A stretch of 64,000 nucleotides of DNA from Candidatus Cloacimonadales bacterium. Lineage in GTDB: Bacteria; Cloacimonadota; Cloacimonadia; Cloacimonadales; JAIOQZ01. The stretch spans positions 2,016,001-2,080,000 of the forward strand of contig OY762463.1 in the NCBI GenBank assembly GCA_963665815.1. Direction: 5' to 3'. Below, piece by piece: positions 58,778 through 64,000 of the stretch (positions are counted from its first letter, which is position 1; each line of letters begins with the position of its first letter). The notes under the pieces are model-generated. The model made no database searches. It was not told the origin of the DNA and saw only the letters and a list, made by a program, of their open reading frames with translations. Position numbers and translations under genes: made by a program.

Positions 58778-60611
58778 ATTGTTGATTTCTTACTTCCTTA
58801 AGCTTCTCTAAGAATTCAAGTTCCTCATCATAGGATTTGAATGAGCGTGAAATGTTTATTTCGAAATCAAGATTATTAATAAAAGGCATATCAAGTATTT
58901 CATTTATATCAATATCGTTTACATCATTTAAACTAAGACTCTTTAAATTAATTAGGAAACTTAATGCTTCTATACCTTCAAGGGGATTTTCTGATAATGC
59001 GAGTCCTTTCAGATTCCTCATTTTACGCAAGAAATCAATATTTGATATATTGTTATACCCTAGACTAAGTGACAATAATGCTTTAGTGTCTTCTGGATTC
59101 ATTATGCATTCAATTCGATTCTCTGATGCATATAGAAATTTTAAACTATATAGATTTCTCAAATTAACTATTTTTAGATTATTTCTCGACAATAACATTT
59201 CACGGATTTTGTTATCGGGTACGAAATTTCCCATTTCTCTTATTTTACTTCCTTGAATCTTTATGTACTCTAAAGAAGGACAAGAATTAAGACCATCAAT
59301 ATTAACAATATTTGAACCATCCAAATTTAGATTTTGAAATGAGAAAAGGTTTGAAAAATCAGGGATATAATCAATTTTGGATTGTTCAATTTCAACTTCC
59401 TTTAAGTCTGTTAGTGCAATCAATTCTTTTATATTTTCCAGTTCTGTATTATTTCCTGCATTTTGGAAATTAATGTAAGAATTAGCCATCCACCTATCCT
59501 TATAGTAAACTATCCTTTTTAAATTTTTCATATACTTAATTCCCTTTATGCTTTTACATTTGAAAAGTTGCAATGTAGAATCAAGTTTATCAAAACCGTC
59601 AACAGAAGGGTGTCTGCAAAGAAGTATATCATTTATATTCTGCAAGTCAGAAGGATAAAGATCACGATCATGTATATCAACTAAATCTCGAACAAAATTC
59701 TCAAACACATCATCATCAAACCTTATTGGTTTCTCTTTCTCCCATAGAACTACAGATTTGTTTTGAAACCATATCCATTCAAGTGAGTCTAATGATGAAA
59801 GTGACTTTATATCTTCAACAGGATTGTTGTTTACCCAAATTTCAAGCATTTTTTTGCATTTCAGTAATGGCTTAATACTATTTATTCTATTATTATCCAA
59901 CCATACATAAAGTAATTCAGGATTATTACCAAGAGTTGAGATGTCCTTAATGTTATTGTTCTGAAGATTGACATCAATCAATTCTGTTAAACTTGAGATT
60001 CCGTAAATGTCCTCAATATCATTAAAGGCTGCACTTAATTTCTGGAGCCTCCTGTTCTTCATTTTTACACTAATTTTTCTGATATTGTTATGATTCAAAC
60101 TAAGTACTCTCAGTTTTTTTAATTTTCGCAAGGGTGAAATATCTTCAATAAGATTATCATCAAGATATAGCTCCTCAAGCTTGTGAAGTTTACTTAATGG
60201 AGAAATGTCCTTAATGTTATTCCCTCTTAAGTCGAGGTACTTTAAATTTTTCAAACTATTAAGAAACCTGATATCTGTAATCTCATTGCTTGCCAGCGAA
60301 AGATGCTCTGTTGACTTTAGATTCTTGATTCCATTAAGGTCATCAATACTCATGCAATCCAGAATTAACGTATCTATTTCTGAGAACTTCTTTAGACCTT
60401 CTAAGGACTTAATCCTGTTTCTTGATAGATTTAGATATGATAGATCGCTGGAATCAATATCATCAAAGTTGATAAGATCCTTGTGTATCTTTGCTATTCT
60501 TCTGTTATCGTTATCTAATTCTGAGACACTGAAGCTTCCACAGAAAAGTTGAGTAGCTGATAATAGAAATAATAGCATTACAACAGATTTTATTCTTTTT
60601 ATGTTTTTCAT
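58776..60611 (-). CDS. Exported leucine-rich-repeat protein, putative immunity protein
   Basis: GAGG RBS, signal peptide, internalin-like LxxLxLxxNxIxDISPL repeats in two blocks. Confidence 0.9.
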   Translation of the reverse strand: MKNIKRIKSVVMLLFLLSATQLFCGSFSVSELDNDNRRIAKIHKDLINFDDIDSSDLSYLNLSRNRIKSLEGLKKFSEIDTLILDCMSIDDLNGIKNLKSTEHLSLASNEITDIRFLNSLKNLKYLDLRGNNIKDISPLSKLHKLEELYLDDNLIEDISPLRKLKKLRVLSLNHNNIRKISVKMKNRRLQKLSAAFNDIEDIYGISSLTELIDVNLQNNNIKDISTLGNNPELLYVWLDNNRINSIKPLLKCKKMLEIWVNNNPVEDIKSLSSLDSLEWIWFQNKSVVLWEKEKPIRFDDDVFENFVRDLVDIHDRDLYPSDLQNINDILLCRHPSVDGFDKLDSTLQLFKCKSIKGIKYMKNLKRIVYYKDRWMANSYINFQNAGNNTELENIKELIALTDLKEVEIEQSKIDYIPDFSNLFSFQNLNLDGSNIVNIDGLNSCPSLEYIKIQGSKIREMGNFVPDNKIREMLLSRNNLKIVNLRNLYSLKFLYASENRIECIMNPEDTKALLSLSLGYNNISNIDFLRKMRNLKGLALSENPLEGIEALSFLINLKSLSLNDVNDIDINEILDMPFINNLDFEINISRSFKSYDEELEFLEKLKEVRNQQ

Positions 60612-60624
60612 CTATTCCTCTTTT

Positions 60625-62463
60625 TTATTTGAAATTCTCATCAAGGAAATTTTTCATCCATTCACGTGATTCCCTAAACCTCCTTTGCGAGGCCCTATGT
60701 CGTTCCAAGTAAAACTCAGGTAATCTTTGATGTATATCAGGTACCGTGTATGAATCTACTGATTTATAGGAGTACATAAATCTTGCATTGTCTAGCAAAG
60801 ATGGGGCAATAATTTTAGATATTCTTATACATGTGTCCCTTTCATACATATCTGGAAAATCTTCTTCCTTGAAATTAGGATGAGTTTGAAAACAATATAC
60901 AGGAAGTTGATGTTGGGCTTCATGACTCCATTCATGCATGTACATATCTTGTGGTGACCTACTTACATCAGGTGCAGTTCCTGATATTGAAGACCAGTTA
61001 TCCTCATTACTGAAACCATATGCTTTTGTCTGTGACCATCTAATTACAGTCATAGATATTTCAGGATGTCCAGGATTTGGTATGGACCACCATGAAGATT
61101 CTTTTGCTGATGGAGGAACATCTCTTCCATAATTATCTGGATTCAAGAGTAAAAGTGCATTATAGATTTTCTGAGTTTCTCCATTCCCTAAATCTATGGT
61201 TTTAGTCGTCAACGTATTGGCAGCTACTATATTCAACGGATCTTTCAAGAATGCTTCGATAGTCGCAATAACTTGTATATCAATCTGGTCCTCGGTCATT
61301 TCTCCTATTATATGAACTCTTTTCAAAAAGTTATCGAACTGAATGTTTGGGAAATGCTCATCAAGCAAGGGCTTAATTTTGTCTTTGAAACTTCTTGTTG
61401 CTTCTTTGTTCAAATCTGCACCATATAAATTAGTATTAACTCCATTTTCACCTCTTCTTGCCCCTTGAGCTCCTTCCTCCTCAGCTTTCCCCTTTTTCTT
61501 ATCCTTTATTGCACTTCTTCCAGCAGTCACCCAAAGCAACCAGTGCCCAGACTCTTGTATCTCTCTATCCATCATTTGCTCAAACTCTGCAACATCATTC
61601 CATCCATTACTATCAGTGTATATTCCCCTGAATCCCCGGTACAAACTTTGTAATTTAGCATACTGCTCCTGATGATATGATAATGAGATTGCTCCGTCCA
61701 GCTCTACAAAGTTTGCAGGATTGTTACCGCAATATACATACGGACTGTCAAACTGCTCTGCCGGGTCAAGAGAGTGCCACCTACCTATTTGCGGGTCAAG
61801 GAACCGTTTTCCCCAATATATCCAGTTCAAGCCGTGTTCGTCAATAATTTCTCTGTTTTTTCCAATAAATCTGTACTCCGTACTCTGGCTGCAGAGCATC
61901 GGTACTTTCATACCAAACGGATAGAATGTGTTTTTCTGGATTACCAGAGCTGTACCGTCAGTATTCTCGGTAAACACTACCCGGATATTGCCAAGGTGGT
62001 CTTTAAGTTCATATTCGTATCGCCACTGCTGTTCTCCGACCTGAGCTGTAAAGTCTCTTACCTGCCTTCCGAAAGATGTGTTAATTACAATCTCATCCTC
62101 AGAAGCAGTGTCTTCTGCATAGTGAGTATATACAAGACCGTTCACATAGTTAACTTTCTGGGTTACTCTGTCGTCTGCTGTAACTATCTTCTGCAGTCTT
62201 TCTCCCGTTGCAGAATACACAAAGCGGATTCTGTTCTTCATGTCGTCCGCACCGTCCGTGCGTTTTATCATCAGTTCCGGGAGATTAAACAGATTGTAGC
62301 GGATATCAAATCCCTTGTTCCTGTCTTTAATCATGTTACCGTTTGAGTCGTACAGGTTTTCGTCTTCCGTACTGCTGCTGAATCCGTCTATAAAGCCTGT
62401 TCCTGTTACAGAAGCATTGTCTGTAACACCAATAAGCCTGTTGCCGCTGTAGGAGTAAGTGGT
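60625..62463 (-). CDS. Orphan Rhs core fragment + HExxH tip (5'-truncated; frame open upstream of ATG 62334)
   Basis: TYSYSGNRL, YDSNGNMIKDRNKG, KDHLGNIRV, DPQIGRWHSLDP, GNNPANFVELDG, linker B, HEWSH. Confidence 0.9.
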   Translation of the reverse strand, partial: TTYSYSGNRLIGVTDNASVTGTGFIDGFSSSTEDENLYDSNGNMIKDRNKGFDIRYNLFNLPELMIKRTDGADDMKNRIRFVYSATGERLQKIVTADDRVTQKVNYVNGLVYTHYAEDTASEDEIVINTSFGRQVRDFTAQVGEQQWRYEYELKDHLGNIRVVFTENTDGTALVIQKNTFYPFGMKVPMLCSQSTEYRFIGKNREIIDEHGLNWIYWGKRFLDPQIGRWHSLDPAEQFDSPYVYCGNNPANFVELDGAISLSYHQEQYAKLQSLYRGFRGIYTDSNGWNDVAEFEQMMDREIQESGHWLLWVTAGRSAIKDKKKGKAEEEGAQGARRGENGVNTNLYGADLNKEATRSFKDKIKPLLDEHFPNIQFDNFLKRVHIIGEMTEDQIDIQVIATIEAFLKDPLNIVAANTLTTKTIDLGNGETQKIYNALLLLNPDNYGRDVPPSAKESSWWSIPNPGHPEISMTVIRWSQTKAYGFSNEDNWSSISGTAPDVSRSPQDMYMHEWSHEAQHQLPVYCFQTHPNFKEEDFPDMYERDTCIRISKIIAPSLLDNARFMYSYKSVDSYTVPDIHQRLPEFYLERHRASQRRFRESREWMKNFLDENFK

Positions 62464-62466
62464 AGC

Positions 62467-62495
62467 AAAAGAAAAGCCTGCACAAGTCAGGCTTT
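62467..62495 (-). terminator. Cassette-end hairpin
   Basis: AAAGCCTG-ACTTGTG-CAGGCTTT-TCTTTT on the minus strand. Confidence 0.85.
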
Positions 62496-62499
62496 GGAT

Positions 62500-64000
62500 T
62501 TATCTGTATCTTATTCTTTCATCTTGTTCTGCAATTTTTTTTGATTCCTCATCCAGAGGATTTCCATATAGATTCAGTGTAAAATCCTCTGTTTCTGGAA
62601 TTTTTTCCTCAAACCCACGTATTGACTCAATATAGTTGTCTTGTAGGCTCAATACTTCCAAATTTTTCAACTCCGAAAAATCAGGTATTGACTTGAGCCC
62701 AGTGTTCCTCAGACCCAAGAATTTGAGACTGGTAAGTTTGCTAAGTGTATTTGTGTTCATTAATGGATAGCTAGAGAAACATATTAACTCAAGTTTTGAG
62801 GAATTGTTCACTTCCGGAATATAGTAAATTCTATTATTGCTGAACTCAAGTTTTCTGGGTGCGTGAAACTCTGAGAATGTTAGTGGAGATAGATCCGAAA
62901 TATTATTATCAAATAGTATCATCTCATCAATAGAATATCCCAATGCCAGATTCGTAATATCATTAATCTTATTTGAATGAAGATCCAGAATACTAAGATT
63001 AGTAATCCCTTTTATGAAAGGAACCTCAAACAAATTATTACTTCCTAATCTTATATTTCTTAAGCATGTCAAAGTGTTTAATCCTGTTATACTACTAATA
63101 ATATTTTTCCCTGCTTGTAATAATTTCAACATTGGCAAGTTATAATTGAAATGAAGTTCATGTATTCTGTTACCGAAAACATCAAGGAAGAAAAGTGAAT
63201 CCAAAGAAGTAATATGTTTAATTGAAGAAATGTTATTGAATGATAATGATAAACTCTTTAATCTTCTCATTTCAGAAATTTTAGCTTTTTCAATTAGGTT
63301 GTACTCGAAACTCAAACTTTTAAGCTGCGATTTACTGTCCTGCAAAACAATCTTTCTGAGAGGAGAATAATGGATTTCTAGCTTATCAATGTATGGGGAT
63401 AGCATTTTATCATCAATATTCCTTAAATATACTCTTGATAGGTATAACTCTCTAAGATTTCTGTTTTGTCTAAGGCTTTTTAGATTCTTTAATTTTACAC
63501 CACCTAAAGCTACATATCTTAAACTCTCCATGTGTCTTAAATCAGGAACTTCTCTTAATGCAGGTATTGCTAAATCCAGCATTTCCAAATTTGAGAGAGC
63601 TTTTAGCTCAGGTAAGTACTCAATACACTTGCTTGCAATATAATATTCCTCACTTCCAATTACAAGAACCTTAAGGTTACTCATATATTTTAGTATAGAC
63701 AAGTCAGTGTATTTGCTTACATCTGATACAATTCCAAGTTCAATTATTCTTTCATTTAACTCAATTGAATTGAAACGACTCAATAAGTATCTATTTTTTG
63801 ATAACTCTACACGTCGAATTTTTGCATCATTTCTTTTATACCATTCGATAACTTTATTTTTTTTATACCATTCGTTATCTTCATTCACAAGAACTAGAAC
63901 TTCAATACTTTCTAAATCCGCTATTTCCATTGCTTTTGAGGAGTCTATCATGCACCTTCTAAGCATTTTCCCAAGTTCAGTTTCTCTTGACCGTATCCAG
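62500..64000 (-). CDS. Leucine-rich-repeat protein (5'-partial), putative immunity protein of an upstream Rhs
   Basis: LRR repeats; frame stays open to the window end. Confidence 0.88.
   Translation of the reverse strand, partial: WIRSRETELGKMLRRCMIDSSKAMEIADLESIEVLVLVNEDNEWYKKNKVIEWYKRNDAKIRRVELSKNRYLLSRFNSIELNERIIELGIVSDVSKYTDLSILKYMSNLKVLVIGSEEYYIASKCIEYLPELKALSNLEMLDLAIPALREVPDLRHMESLRYVALGGVKLKNLKSLRQNRNLRELYLSRVYLRNIDDKMLSPYIDKLEIHYSPLRKIVLQDSKSQLKSLSFEYNLIEKAKISEMRRLKSLSLSFNNISSIKHITSLDSLFFLDVFGNRIHELHFNYNLPMLKLLQAGKNIISSITGLNTLTCLRNIRLGSNNLFEVPFIKGITNLSILDLHSNKINDITNLALGYSIDEMILFDNNISDLSPLTFSEFHAPRKLEFSNNRIYYIPEVNNSSKLELICFSSYPLMNTNTLSKLTSLKFLGLRNTGLKSIPDFSELKNLEVLSLQDNYIESIRGFEEKIPETEDFTLNLYGNPLDEESKKIAEQDERIRYR

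Larger units (their letters stand above)
41239..64000. mobile_element. tRNA-Val-anchored genomic island (right end not seen; the Rhs array's inclusion is inferred)
   Basis: Integrase + xis at the tRNA 3' end; visibly more AT-rich DNA; only accessory genes follow. Confidence 0.6.

Noticed and set aside
558-63643. Numerous short antisense or overlapping ORFs in the track (e.g. 4061-4534, 33532-34110, 40416-41024, 61774-62346)
   Set aside because: Shadows of well-supported genes with no independent motifs or RBS
43790-64000. Repeats as a CRISPR array
   Set aside because: Repeats are 85-270 bp, kilobases apart and mostly coding; no cas genes
58776-64000. LRR proteins as host-invasion internalins
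   Set aside because: No anchor domain visible; the 58776 gene directly follows a toxin tip and both precede the cassette hairpin, which fits immunity better

Overview
AT-rich bacterial chromosome segment. Gene content (outer-membrane TonB/BamA-type and MlaD proteins, a Bacteroidota-type 30-aa ribosomal protein, a transcarboxylase cluster) suggests a diderm anaerobe of the FCB group such as Cloacimonadota; this is inference only. Positions 1-41.1 kb are core or semi-core genes: a TPR protein, an NtrC/kinase pair, an ECF sigma operon, hutI, HU, psd, an uncharacterised four-gene DUF6754-type membrane operon next to a TetR and a GlmL-like ATPase fusion, CcdA/thioredoxins, Ppx, a TonB receptor with a lipoprotein, and biotin-dependent carboxyltransferase genes. 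Two MITE-like elements lie in intergenic DNA. tRNA-Val(GAC) at 41162 is followed by a tyrosine integrase and an excisionase-like gene, marking the left end of a genomic island. From about 43.8 kb to the window end, the minus strand carries an array of 5'-truncated (orphan) Rhs toxin tips. Most have HExxH metallopeptidase motifs and are followed by large exported beta-propeller or LRR immunity candidates. Most unusual points: (i) an 86-87 bp hairpin element with compensatory base changes replaces the Rhs autocleavage-coding segment at the same position in two cassettes; (ii) near-identical linker segments sit downstream of the cleavage site; (iii) cassette breakpoints cluster at the TTGACGGAG cleavage-site codons; (iv) mosaic and chimeric cassettes show active shuffling.
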